From IMG/VR virus record IMGVR_UViG_2913147268_000009: DNA of 35,255 bases. One strand, given 5' to 3'. Made by a program: the position numbers and the translations under genes. Origin of the DNA: a virus. Its lineage: Duplodnaviria > Heunggongvirae > Uroviricota > Caudoviricetes. This document shows, one piece after another, positions 25,173 to 34,929 of this stretch (within the stretch, counting starts at the first letter, position 1; every line of letters starts with the position of its first letter). The notes beneath the pieces were generated by a model that saw only the letters and a list, made by a program, of their open reading frames with translations, did not search any database and was not told where the DNA came from.

Positions 25173-26201
25173 ATGGGATTGTTTACGACCCGCCAGTTAC
25201 TCGGTTATACCGAACAAAAAGTTAAATTCCGTGCGCTGTTTCTGGAGCTGTTTTTCCGCCGTACGGTGAATTTCCACACCGAAGAGGTGATGCTGGACAA
25301 AATTACCGGAAAAACGCCGGTGGCGGCCTATGTCTCCCCGATCGTTGAAGGAAAAGTGCTTCGCCATCGCGGTGGTGAAACCCGCGTGTTACGTCCGGGC
25401 TACGTCAAGCCCAAACACGAATTTAATTACCAGCAGGCGGTTGAGCGCCTTCCTGGTGAAGATCCGGCTCAGCTGAACGACCCGGCCTACCGTCGTCTGC
25501 GTATCATTACCGATAACCTCAAACAGGAAGAGCACGCCATTGTCCAGGTGGAAGAAATGCAGGCGGTGAATGCCGTGCTGTATGGCAAATACACCATGGA
25601 AGGGGAACAGTTTGACACGGTCGAGGTGGATTTCGGACGCTCTGAAGGAAATAACATTGAGCAGGCCGACGGTAAAAAATGGTCTGAGCAGGACCGTGAT
25701 ACGTTTGATCCGACGCATGATATTGACCTTTACTGCGATCAGGCCAGCGGTCTTGTAAATATTGCCATTATGGACGGTACGGTCTGGCGTCTGCTGAATG
25801 GCTTTAAGCTGTTCCGCGAAAAACTGGATACCCGTCGCGGCTCAAATTCACAACTCGAAACGGCAGTGAAAGACCTGGGAGCGGTGGTGTCTTTCAAAGG
25901 GTATTACGGTGATCTGGCCATTGTGGTGGCGAAAACGTCTTATGTGGCAGACGACGGTACCGAAAAACGTTATCTGCCGGTGGGCACACTGGTCCTGGGG
26001 AATACGGCAGCAGAGGGCATTCGTTGCTATGGTGCCATTCAGGATGCGCAGGCGTTGTCCGAAGGTGTGGTGGCCTCTTCCCGTTATCCGAAACACTGGC
26101 TGACTGTGGGCGATCCGGCCCGTGAATTCACCATGACGCAGTCCGCACCGCTGATGGTGCTGCCGGATCCGGATGAGTTTGTGGTGGTGCAGGTGAAATA
26201 A
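25173..26201 (+). CDS. E: Major capsid protein E
   Basis: 342 aa with extensive identity to recalled lambda gpE (YVSPIV.G.V.R.RGG ... PGYVKPKHE ... KLDTRRGSNS.LETAVKDLG ... GDPAREFTM.QSAPLM). Confidence 0.96.
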   Translation: MGLFTTRQLLGYTEQKVKFRALFLELFFRRTVNFHTEEVMLDKITGKTPVAAYVSPIVEGKVLRHRGGETRVLRPGYVKPKHEFNYQQAVERLPGEDPAQLNDPAYRRLRIITDNLKQEEHAIVQVEEMQAVNAVLYGKYTMEGEQFDTVEVDFGRSEGNNIEQADGKKWSEQDRDTFDPTHDIDLYCDQASGLVNIAIMDGTVWRLLNGFKLFREKLDTRRGSNSQLETAVKDLGAVVSFKGYYGDLAIVVAKTSYVADDGTEKRYLPVGTLVLGNTAAEGIRCYGAIQDAQALSEGVVASSRYPKHWLTVGDPAREFTMTQSAPLMVLPDPDEFVVVQVK

Positions 26202-26252
26202 TCCGTGAGCGGGGGCGAAATGCCCCCGTGTCTTTTTTCACAGGAGGCTGAG

Positions 26253-26636
26253 ATGGCAACAAAAGAAGAAAATCTGAATCGTCTTCGTCAACTGGCTGGC
26301 CTGCTGGGGCGCGAGGCGGATATGTCGGGGAGTGCTGCGGATATTGCGCAACGTGTGTCTGAGTGGGAAGAGGAGCTTGCTGTTTCCCCGGAGGGCATTA
26401 TGCACTCTGATGAGAGCGGGGCTGATCAAAATCACACAGACGATGGTGAGCAGTTGAACAACACGGATGCTCCGGATGATGTTAAAGCCGTCCGGGTACG
26501 GAAGTGCCTGCAAGTAATGGGGTATTGCCCGGAGACAGGTCGTCCCGTTGAGCTGGCGTTACGGGGTATGCGTGTTCTGGTGCCATCATCACTGGCAACG
26601 GCCATGATACAGCACGGAACGGCTGAATATGCGTGA
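26253..26636 (+). CDS. FI: DNA packaging protein FI
   Basis: Start chosen at the ATG at 26253 with RBS AGGAGG (the ORF track starts at 26205); lambda FI size and position. Confidence 0.85.
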   Translation: MATKEENLNRLRQLAGLLGREADMSGSAADIAQRVSEWEEELAVSPEGIMHSDESGADQNHTDDGEQLNNTDAPDDVKAVRVRKCLQVMGYCPETGRPVELALRGMRVLVPSSLATAMIQHGTAEYA

Positions 26637-26982
26637 TTTTCAGAATGCCTTTGATGCTGCCCTCGCCGGGGTAGACAGTACGATCGTTGAAGTGATGGGA
26701 CTCTGTGCGCAGTTCACCTCGGGGGCACAGTGTGGCAGCGAAGTTCAGGGGGTTTTTGACGATCCGGAGTCGCTGGGGGTTGCCGGTGGCGGGGTCCGTA
26801 TTGAAGGAAGCTGCCCGTCATTATTTGTGCGGACGGATACGGTTCGTGCCGTGCGGCGTGGTGACACGCTGACCATTAATGGTGAGACATTCTGGGTGGA
26901 TCGTGTTTCTCCGGATGACGGGGGCAGCTGTTATCTCTGGCTCAACCGTGGGCAACCACCCGCAGTTAACCGGCGACGATAA
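26629..26982 (+). CDS. FII: Head completion protein FII
   Basis: 117 aa with lambda FII-like C-terminus (FWVDRVSPDDGGSCYLWL.RG.PPAVNRRR). Confidence 0.92.
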   Translation: MRDFQNAFDAALAGVDSTIVEVMGLCAQFTSGAQCGSEVQGVFDDPESLGVAGGGVRIEGSCPSLFVRTDTVRAVRRGDTLTINGETFWVDRVSPDDGGSCYLWLNRGQPPAVNRRR

Positions 26983-26996
26983 ACGCAGGGTGAATT

Positions 26997-27572
26997 ATGG
27001 CGATAAAAGGGCTTGATCAGGCGATTGACAATCTGAGCCGGGTTCGTAAAAACGCCATTCCGGCTGCTTCTGCAATGACCATTAACCGCGTGGCCATAAC
27101 GGCGATTAATCAGTCTTCGTCACAGGTTGCCCGGGAAACCAGGGTGAGACGGAAACTGGTAAAGGAACGGTCCAGACTGAAACGGGCGACGGTCAGAAAT
27201 CCGAATGCCAGAATTATCGTTAACCGCGGTGATCTCCCTGTGATTAAGCTGGGGATCAGAATGCTGGGGCGTCGTCCGAACAGCATACTCAAAGCCGGTC
27301 AGCATCGTTATCAGCGGGCATTTATCCAGCGATTAAATAATGGGCGCTGGCATGTTATGCAACGTCTTCCCCAGGCCAGATATGAGGAGGGCAATGACGA
27401 CAAGGGAAGGAAAAAGCGTAATCGCCTTCCCATTCAGGTGGTGAAAATCCCGATGGCGGCCCCACTGAAACAGGCATTTGATGAGAATGTTGACCGTATC
27501 CGGCGTGAACGCCTGCCTAAAGAACTGGCATACGCGCTGAAACAACAACTGAGGATTGCGATAAAACGATGA
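26997..27572 (+). CDS. Z: Tail completion protein Z
   Basis: 191 aa in the lambda gpZ position; conserved gene order. Confidence 0.88.
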   Translation: MAIKGLDQAIDNLSRVRKNAIPAASAMTINRVAITAINQSSSQVARETRVRRKLVKERSRLKRATVRNPNARIIVNRGDLPVIKLGIRMLGRRPNSILKAGQHRYQRAFIQRLNNGRWHVMQRLPQARYEEGNDDKGRKKRNRLPIQVVKIPMAAPLKQAFDENVDRIRRERLPKELAYALKQQLRIAIKR

Positions 27573-27964
27573 AACACACTGACATTCGTGCCGCAGTGCT
27601 GGATGCACTCGAGCAGCATGAACACGGGGCGACGCTGTTTGATGGTCGCCCCGTTGTTTTTGACGAAGAGGATTTTCCTGCGATCGCGGTTTATCTGACG
27701 GATGCAGAGTATACCGGTGAAGAGCTGGATGCAGATACCTGGCGGGCCACGCTGCATATTGAGGTGTTTTTACCGGCACAGGTACCGGATTCAGAGCTTG
27801 ATCAGTGGATGGAAAGCCGGATTTACCCGGCGATGACCGCGATCCCGGCACTGGCAGGACTGATTACCACGATGGTTACGCAGGGCTATGAGTATCGTCG
27901 TGATGACGATATGGCGTTATGGAGTTCTGCAGATCTGACTTATTCCATTACATACGAGATGTGA
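27569..27964 (+). CDS. U: Tail terminator U
   Basis: 131 aa closely matching recalled lambda gpU ([14 protein letters not shown] ... LTY.ITYEM). Confidence 0.95.
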   Translation: MKHTDIRAAVLDALEQHEHGATLFDGRPVVFDEEDFPAIAVYLTDAEYTGEELDADTWRATLHIEVFLPAQVPDSELDQWMESRIYPAMTAIPALAGLITTMVTQGYEYRRDDDMALWSSADLTYSITYEM

Positions 27965-27971
27965 GGACGAT

Positions 27972-28724
27972 ATGGCAACACCAAATCCCCTTGAGCCGGT
28001 AAAAGGTGCCGGTACCACTCTGTGGGTTTACAACGGCAAGGGTGATGCTTATGCAAACCCGTTGTCAGACGATGACTGGCAGCGACTGGCTAAGGTGAAG
28101 GATCTGACGCCGGGCGAGATGACGGCAGAATCCTACGATGATAACTACCTGGATGATGAAGACGCGGACTGGACCGCGACCGGGCAGGGGCAGAAATCTG
28201 CAGGTGATACCAGTTTTACGCTGGCCTGGAAACCGGGAGAGGAAGGCCAGAAAGGGCTTATAGGCTGGTTTGAAAGCGGCGATGTCCGGGCCTATAAAAT
28301 CCGTTTTCCGAATGGCACGGTGGATGTGTTTCGTGGCTGGGTCAGCAGTATCGGTAAGGCCGTGACGGCGAAAGAAGTGATCACCCGCACGGTGAAAGTC
28401 ACTAACGTGGGTAAACCTTCTGTAGCGGAAGAACGCAGCAAAATTACGCCGGTCAGTGCGATTAAGGTGACGCCGACATCCGGTACGGTGGCAAAAGGGA
28501 AAACAACCACCCTGACGGTTTCTTTTGAGCCGGAAAGTGCAACCGACAAGACGTTCAGAGCGGTTTCCGCCGATCCGTCGAAAGCCACCATTAGTGTGAA
28601 AGATATGACAATTACGGTAAACGGCGTGGCGACAGGTAAGGTGCAGATCCCTGTGGTGAGCGGAAATGGTCAGTTCGCCGCAGTGGCTGAAGTCACCGTT
28701 ACTGAAGCGGGCGCTGCAGGGTAA
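27972..28724 (+). CDS. V: Major tail protein V
   Basis: 250 aa, lambda gpV-like with a C-terminal Ig-like extension. Confidence 0.95.
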   Translation: MATPNPLEPVKGAGTTLWVYNGKGDAYANPLSDDDWQRLAKVKDLTPGEMTAESYDDNYLDDEDADWTATGQGQKSAGDTSFTLAWKPGEEGQKGLIGWFESGDVRAYKIRFPNGTVDVFRGWVSSIGKAVTAKEVITRTVKVTNVGKPSVAEERSKITPVSAIKVTPTSGTVAKGKTTTLTVSFEPESATDKTFRAVSADPSKATISVKDMTITVNGVATGKVQIPVVSGNGQFAAVAEVTVTEAGAAG

Positions 28725-28737
28725 ACGGAGGTAATAC

Positions 28738-29169
28738 ATGTTTCTGAAAACAGAACAATTTGAATATAACGGTGTGTCTGTCACGCTTTCCGAATTGTCT
28801 GCGCTGCAGCGTATCGAGCATCTTGCCCTCCTGAAACGGCGTGCAGAACAGGCAGAATCCTGCGGCAACCTGCAGGTAAGCGTGGAAGATCTCGTCAGAA
28901 CCGGCGCGTTTCTGGTGGCGATGTCCCTGTGGCATAACCATCCACAGAAAACGCAGTCACCGTCAATGAATGAGGCCGTGATGAAGATAGAGCAGGAAGT
29001 GCTCACCACCTGGCCTGCCGATGCCATTGCCCGGGCGGAAGACGTGGTGTTGTGCCTGTCCGGGATGATCGAAGCTGTTCGTCCGGATACTGATATTACT
29101 GAAGTGGCGAAAAATAACACGCTGACTGATGATGATTTTTCTGCGGGAAAGTCTTCGACGGCGAGCTGA
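28738..29169 (+). CDS. G: Tail assembly chaperone G
   Basis: MFLKTEQFEYNGVSVTLSELSALQRIEHLALLKR ... matches recalled lambda gpG. Confidence 0.95.
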   Translation: MFLKTEQFEYNGVSVTLSELSALQRIEHLALLKRRAEQAESCGNLQVSVEDLVRTGAFLVAMSLWHNHPQKTQSPSMNEAVMKIEQEVLTTWPADAIARAEDVVLCLSGMIEAVRPDTDITEVAKNNTLTDDDFSAGKSSTAS

Positions 29170-29609
29170 ACTTTGCCCTCAGACTGGCGCGTGAGATGGG
29201 GAGACCCGACTGGCGCGCCATGCTTGCCGGGATGACATCCACCGAATATGCCGACTGGCACCGTTTTTACCGCACGCATTATTTTCAGGATACCCAGCTG
29301 GATATGCATTTTTCCGGGCTGACGTACGCTGTACTCAGCCTGTTTTTTTGCGATCCGGATATGCATCCCTCTGATTTCAGTCTGCTTGTCCCCCGGCATG
29401 AGGAAGAGCAGGTGGAGAGGCCGGATGAGGACAAAATGCTGATGCAGAAAGCGGCAGGACTTGCCGGAGGCGTCCGGTTCGGTGGGGACGGAGGGCGCGA
29501 TATTTTATCGTCTGCGGATGTGGCGGATGTCATGGTGGATGATGCCGCATTAATGATGGCTTCAGCGGGGATTCCGGGAGGTGTGAGATATGTCCCAGCC
29601 GGTTGGTGA
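28738..29609 (+). CDS. Tail assembly chaperone G-T fusion (programmed -1 frameshift)
   Basis: The T ORF (29196-29609) is in the -1 frame relative to G, with the slippery heptamer G GGA AAG at 29145-29151 near the G 3' end, as in lambda. Confidence 0.85.
29145..29151 (+). promoter_or_regulatory. Slippery heptamer GGGAAAG for the G to G-T frameshift
   Basis: In the G frame it reads G|GGA|AAG, the X_XXY_YYZ pattern at the same relative position as in lambda. Confidence 0.8.
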
Positions 29610-32163
29610 TCTTGTTATTGACCTGAGTCTGGATGCTGTCCGTTTCGATGAGCAGATGAGCCGGGTAAGGCGTCATTTTTCAGGTCTGGATACCGACGCC
29701 AGAAAAACCGCCAGTGCTGTTGAACAGGGCCTGAGCCGCCAGGCGCTGGCTGCACAAAAAGCCGGGATTTCCGTCGGGCAGTATAAAGCGGCCATGCGAA
29801 CCCTGCCCGCACAGTTTACGGATATCGCCACGCAGCTTGCAGGTGGTCAGAATCCCTGGCTGATCCTGCTGCAACAGGGCGGTCAGGTGAAGGACTCCTT
29901 CGGCGGGATGATCCCCATGTTCAGGGGGCTTGCCGGTGCGATCACCCTGCCGATGGTCGGGGTCACCTCGCTGGCGGTGGCGACAGGTGCGCTGGTGTAC
30001 GCCTGGTACCAGGGAGATTCCACGCTTTCAGCGTTTAATAAAACCCTGGTTCTTTCCGGTAATCAGTCCGGACTGACTGCCGATCGTATGCTGACTCTCT
30101 CAAGAGCCGGGCAGGCAGCAGGGCTGACGTTTAACCAGGCGAGAGAGTCACTGGCAGCCCTGGTGAATGCCGGTGTGCGTGGTGGTGAACAGTTTGATGC
30201 CATCAACCAGAGTGTCGCGCGTTTTGCGTCTGCATCCGGTGTGGAGGTGGATAAAGTCGCTGAAGCCTTCGGGAAGCTGACCACTGACCCGACGTCGGGA
30301 CTGATGGCGATGGCGCGCCAGTTCCGTAACGTGACGGCAGAGCAGATTGCGTATGTTGCACAGCTGCAGCGTTCCGGAGACGAGGCCGGGGCATTGCAGG
30401 CGGCGAACGATATCGCCACGAAAGGCTTTGATGAGCAGACCCGTCGCCTGAAAGAAAACATGGGAACACTGGAGACCTGGGCGGATAAAACAGGGAAGGC
30501 ATTCAAATCGATGTGGGATGCCATTCTGGATATCGGTCGTCCGGAATCCTCAGCGGATATGCTCGCCAGTGCGCAGAAGGCATTTGATGAGGCGGATAAA
30601 AAATGGCAGTGGTACCAGAGCCGGAGCCAGCGCCGCGGTAAAACCTCCTCTTTCCGGGCCAACCTTCAGGGCGCATGGGATGACCGGGAAAATGCCCGTC
30701 TGGGTCTGGCAGCGGCAACGCTGCAGTCGGATATGGAAAAAGCCGGTGAACTGGCGGCAAGGGACAGGGCTGAGCGTGAGTCGTCACAGCTGAAGTATAC
30801 CGGAGAGGCGCAGAAGGCGTATGAGCGCCTGCTGACGCCACTGGAGAAATATACCGCCCGGCAGGAAGAGCTGAATAAGGCCCTGAAAGACGGGAAAATC
30901 CTGCAGGCGGATTACAACACGCTGATGGCGTCGGCAAAAAAGGATTATGAGTCGACGCAGAAAAAGCCGTCCGGTGTGAAGGTGTCTGCCGGTGAGCGCC
31001 AGGAAGACCAGGCGCATGCAGCCCTGCTGGCGCTTGAAACCGAGCTCAGGACGCTGGAAAAACACAGCGGTGTGAATGAGAAAATCAGCCAGCAGCGCCG
31101 GGATTTATGGGAAGCGGAAAATCAGTATGTGGTCCTGAAAGAGGCCGCCACGAAACGGCAGTTATCTGAGCAGGAAAAATCCCTGCTGGCCCATGAGAAA
31201 GAGACGCTGGAGTACAAACGCCAGCTGGCTGAGCTGGGCGACAAGATTGAACACCAGAAACGGCTGAATGAGCTGGCACAGCAGGCGGCGCGGTTTGAAC
31301 AGCAGCAGAGCGCGAAGCAGGCGGCAATCAGCGCAAAAGCCCGCGGACTCACCGACCGTCAGGCGCAGCGGGAGTCGGAAGAGCAGCGCCTTCGTGAGGT
31401 GTACGGTGATAATCCGGCTGCGCTGGCGAAGGCCACATCTGCACTGAAGAACACCTGGTCTGCGGAGGAGCAGCTTCGTGGAAGCTGGATGGCCGGGATG
31501 AAGTCCGGCTGGGGCGAGTGGGCGGAAAGTGCGACGGACAGTTTTTCGCAGGTTAAAAACGCGGCCACGCAGACCTTTGACGGTATTGCACAGAATATGG
31601 CAGCGATGCTGACCGGCAGCGAACAGAACTGGCGTGGTTTCACCCGTTCTGTGCTGTCCATGCTGACAGAGATTTTTCTGAAGCAGGCGATGGTGGGGAT
31701 AGTCGGGAGTATCGGCAGCGCCATTGGCGGGGCTGTTGGTGGCGGCGCATCCGCGTCAGGCGGTACAGCCATTCAGGCTGCGGCGGCGAACTTCCATTTC
31801 GCGACCGGGGGATTTACGGGGACGGGGGGTAAATATGAACCTGCGGGGATTGTTCATCGCGGGGAGTTTGTCTTCACGAAGGAGGCGACCAGCCGGATTG
31901 GTGTCGGCAATCTGTACCGCCTGATGCGGGGCTATGCGGAAGGTGGTTATGTCGGCGGTGCCGGAAGTCCGGCGCAGATGCGGCGGGCGGAAGGCATTAA
32001 TTTTAATCAGAACAATCACGTGGTGATTCAGAACGACGGCCCCAACGGGCGGGCAGGGCCGCAGCTGATGAAAGCGGTGTATGAGATGGCCCGCAAGGGG
32101 GCACAGGATGAACTCCGGCTGCAGTTGCGTGATGGCGGTATGTTATCAGGGAGCGGTGGATGA
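29590..32163 (+). CDS. H: Tail tape measure protein H
   Basis: 857 aa (lambda gpH is about 853 aa); coiled-coil and Ala/Gly-rich regions; conserved position. Confidence 0.95.
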   Translation: MSQPVGDLVIDLSLDAVRFDEQMSRVRRHFSGLDTDARKTASAVEQGLSRQALAAQKAGISVGQYKAAMRTLPAQFTDIATQLAGGQNPWLILLQQGGQVKDSFGGMIPMFRGLAGAITLPMVGVTSLAVATGALVYAWYQGDSTLSAFNKTLVLSGNQSGLTADRMLTLSRAGQAAGLTFNQARESLAALVNAGVRGGEQFDAINQSVARFASASGVEVDKVAEAFGKLTTDPTSGLMAMARQFRNVTAEQIAYVAQLQRSGDEAGALQAANDIATKGFDEQTRRLKENMGTLETWADKTGKAFKSMWDAILDIGRPESSADMLASAQKAFDEADKKWQWYQSRSQRRGKTSSFRANLQGAWDDRENARLGLAAATLQSDMEKAGELAARDRAERESSQLKYTGEAQKAYERLLTPLEKYTARQEELNKALKDGKILQADYNTLMASAKKDYESTQKKPSGVKVSAGERQEDQAHAALLALETELRTLEKHSGVNEKISQQRRDLWEAENQYVVLKEAATKRQLSEQEKSLLAHEKETLEYKRQLAELGDKIEHQKRLNELAQQAARFEQQQSAKQAAISAKARGLTDRQAQRESEEQRLREVYGDNPAALAKATSALKNTWSAEEQLRGSWMAGMKSGWGEWAESATDSFSQVKNAATQTFDGIAQNMAAMLTGSEQNWRGFTRSVLSMLTEIFLKQAMVGIVGSIGSAIGGAVGGGASASGGTAIQAAAANFHFATGGFTGTGGKYEPAGIVHRGEFVFTKEATSRIGVGNLYRLMRGYAEGGYVGGAGSPAQMRRAEGINFNQNNHVVIQNDGPNGRAGPQLMKAVYEMARKGAQDELRLQLRDGGMLSGSGG

Positions 32164-32489
32164 AAACCTTTCGCTGGAAAGTGAAGCCGGATATGGAGGT
32201 GAACTCGCAGCCATCGGTGCGTGAAGTGCGTTTTGGTGACGGGTACTCACAGCGTATGGCGGCAGGGCTGAATGCTGACCTGAAAACATACAGGGTGACG
32301 CTTTCCGTGACCCGGGAGGAGGCCCGGCATCTGGAAGCGTTCCTGGCAGAGCACGGTGGCTGGAAGGCATTTTTGTGGAAGCCACCCTATGCATACCGGC
32401 AGATAAAGGTGACCTGTGCCGGGTGGTCTGCGCGGGTCGGGATGTTGCGCGTTGAGTTCAGCGCGGAGTTTAAGCAGGTGGTGAACTGA
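32160..32489 (+). CDS. M: Tail tip protein M
   Basis: 109 aa, the lambda gpM length and position. Confidence 0.93.
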   Translation: MKTFRWKVKPDMEVNSQPSVREVRFGDGYSQRMAAGLNADLKTYRVTLSVTREEARHLEAFLAEHGGWKAFLWKPPYAYRQIKVTCAGWSARVGMLRVEFSAEFKQVVN

Positions 32490-32756
32490 TGCAGGATATT
32501 CGAGAAGAAAGTCTGAACGAGTCGGTTAAGTCAGAGCAGTCACCGCGGGTGGTACTCTGGGAAATCGACCTGACGGTACAGGGCGGTGAGCGGTATTTTT
32601 TCTGTAATGAGCTGAATGAAAAAGGGGAGCCGGTCACCTGGCAGGGGCGTAAGTATGAGGCATACCCGATTGACGGCAGCGGCTTTGAGATGAACGACCG
32701 GGGCAGCAGTGCCAGACCGTCGCTGACGGTGTCCAATCTGTTCGGTCTGGTCACCG
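32489..32756 (+). pseudogene. L: Tail tip protein L, truncated after ~89 codons
   Basis: First ~89 aa match recalled lambda gpL (MQDIR...VVLWEIDLT..GGERYFFCNE.NEKGEPVTWQGR.Y..YPI.GSGFE...). The reading frame then runs into REP sequence; the ORF-track ORF continues to 33040 as junk. Confidence 0.85.
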
Positions 32757-32912
32757 CTGTTGTGTCTTATCAGGCCTACGAGTTCAGTGCTGTGTGTAGG
32801 TCGGATAAGGCGCTCACGCCGCATCCGACAATAACAGCATTGCCTGATGCGACGCTGTTGTGTCTTATCAGGCCTACGAGTTCAGTGCTGTGTGTAGGTC
32901 GGATAAGGCGTA
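32757..32912. repeat. REP/BIME cluster
   Basis: Two copies of a unit containing GCCTGATGCGACGCTG..GTCTTATCAGGCCTAC and GTAGGTCGGATAAGGCGCTCACGCCGCATCCGAC-type palindromes, matching recalled E. coli REP consensus. Confidence 0.75.
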
Positions 32913-33052
32913 AGTTAAATTTAGTTTTTTATGTTGTAAATATTGATTTAAACGATCTTTTAACCCACAAAACAAAATTAAACCAGAATAAAATTCTAAC
33001 AACAAGAATACACTCAGATAAAAACATCATGGTGAATTGAATTTACAGCATA

Positions 33053-33313
33053 ANNNNNNNNNNNNNNNNNNNNNNNNNNNNNNNNNNNNNNNNNNNNNNN
33101 NNNNNNNNNNNNNNNNNNNNNNNNNNNNNNNNNNNNNNNNNNNNNNNNNNNNNNNNNNNNNNNNNNNNNNNNNNNNNNNNNNNNNNNNNNNNNNNNNNNN
33201 NNNNNNNNNNNNNNNNNNNNNNNNNNNNNNNNNNNNNNNNNNNNNNNNNNNNNNNNNNNNNNNNNNNNNNNNNNNNNNNNNNNNNNNNNNNNNNNNNNNN
33301 NNNNNNNNNNNNN
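33053..33313. other. N-run (assembly gap or masked sequence), 261 nt
   Basis: Contiguous N characters; content unknowable from this window. Confidence 1.
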
Positions 33314-34099
33314 TCAGGCACGCTATTACCTGTTATTACTGGAAAAAGAAGGTGTGGTTCAGCGCTCTCCATTAAGGCGAGGCATGGCAACATACTGGCT
33401 TCTGAAAGGAGAGAAGCAGGCGGGGCAGAACTGTTCTTCCACAACTTAATAACTCAATCTGTGGGCATGCTTCACTGAAACAGATAAAAGTTACATCAGA
33501 GTGCAGATTCAGTTTTGCAGCATTCATCACAAAATAGAAATTTAGTATTTTATGTCAGAATACTTCACATGATAATAAAAACCTGTCTGGATTTACTGCA
33601 TGGCCAGACATTACAAAATACAAACGCCATAAACTTCATTCAGCCTTCTTGCTGTCCGGTAACGGAGGCTGCTTTTTCGTTACACCTTTCCCCGGCAGCA
33701 TCAGTAGCAGTAATTTATAGATTCTACGAACTGAGACTGTCTGTCCGGGGAGAACGTACACAGCCCGACACAATGTACCAGTCAATAATATCCGGTTTCT
33801 GATTCCCTGCCTGACAGACCACTCTCTGGCAACTTTGTATTCAGTTCATCTACTACTGGAGACAGATTTATAAAATCCAACTCCACGATCTTTGACCGTC
33901 CGCATCCCCTACTCTCTGTGCTGCGGTCATCGGTTAATTCCAGCGTCCGTCCGTTACGATCAGATATTACTGAACCGCCCCGGGTTTCCTGGAGAGTGTT
34001 TTATCTGTGAACTCAGGCTGCCAGATCATTGTTTCCGATGGAAGCATAATAAGCTTTTTCTGCTTCTGCCGGAGGAGTATGGCCCAGCCTTCCCAGCAA

Positions 34100-34929
34100 T
34101 CATCGATTGTTATACCAGTCCACCCACGTGAGTGTGGCCAGTTCCACTTCTGCACGGTNNNNNNNNNNNNNNNNNNNNNNNNNNNNNNNNNNNNNNNNNN
34201 NNNNNNNNNNNNNNNNNNNNNNNNNNNNNNNNNNNNNNNNNNNNNNNNNNNNNNNNNNNNNNNNNNNNNNNNNNNNNNNNNNNNNNNNNNNNNNNNNNNN
34301 NNNNNNNNNNNNNNNNNNNNNNNNNNNNNNNNNNNNNNNNNNNNNNNNNNNNNNNNNNNNNNNNNNNNNNNNNNNNNGCGGGCCCACAACGCCTGCTCCA
34401 GCGCATCCAGCACGAATGTCGTTTCCATAGACGATGAGACCCACCACCCCACGATGTATCCGGCAAACACATCAATGATGAACGCCACATAGACGAAGCC
34501 CTGCCATGTGCTGACGTAAGTAAAATCAGCCACCCACAGCTGGTCAGGACGTTCTGCCACGAACTGACGGTTTACGCGGTCACCTGCAGCAACGGTTTTC
34601 CGGCTGACGGTAGTGCGGACCTTTTTACCCCGGAGAACACCGGCAAGTCCCATAACCGCCATGAGGCGCGCCACTGTACATCTGGCCACCCTGATTCCTT
34701 CCCGTAACAACTGACGCCAGACTTTACGCACACCGTACACCTGATGATTTTCATCGTATACGCGCTGTATCTCTCTCTTCAGCCAGTCATCGCGCTGACA
34801 ACGGGCACTGCGTTTATCAGGATGATGCCGCTGCTGCTGACAATGGTAATACGTTGACGGGGCAATATGCTGTTCACTGCATACCGGTCCGACCCCGTAC
34901 TGCTCACGCAGCTTATCCAGCAGTGGCAT
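34100..34929 (-). CDS. IS629-like transposase OrfB (interrupted by the N-run)
   Basis: [24 protein letters not shown]...WVADFTYVSTWQGFVYVAFIIDVFAGYIVGW...LEQALWAR, then the N-run, then ...RAEVELATLTWVDWYNNR followed by TGA at 34102-34100. Frame across the gap is unverifiable. Confidence 0.65.
34159..34377. other. N-run, 219 nt, inside IS orfB
   Basis: Contiguous N characters; the hidden sequence is expected to resemble 14686-14880. Confidence 1.

Noticed and set aside
28065-29399. 444-aa minus-strand ORF
   Set aside because: Antisense to V, G and T, which match lambda proteins well; Arg/Cys-rich low-complexity translation typical of antisense reading.
30063-31772. Several 100-200-aa minus-strand ORFs (30063-30662, 30503-30937, 31359-31772)
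   Set aside because: All are antisense within the tape measure gene H; Ala/Pro/Ser-rich translations consistent with the opposite strand of a GC-rich coding region.
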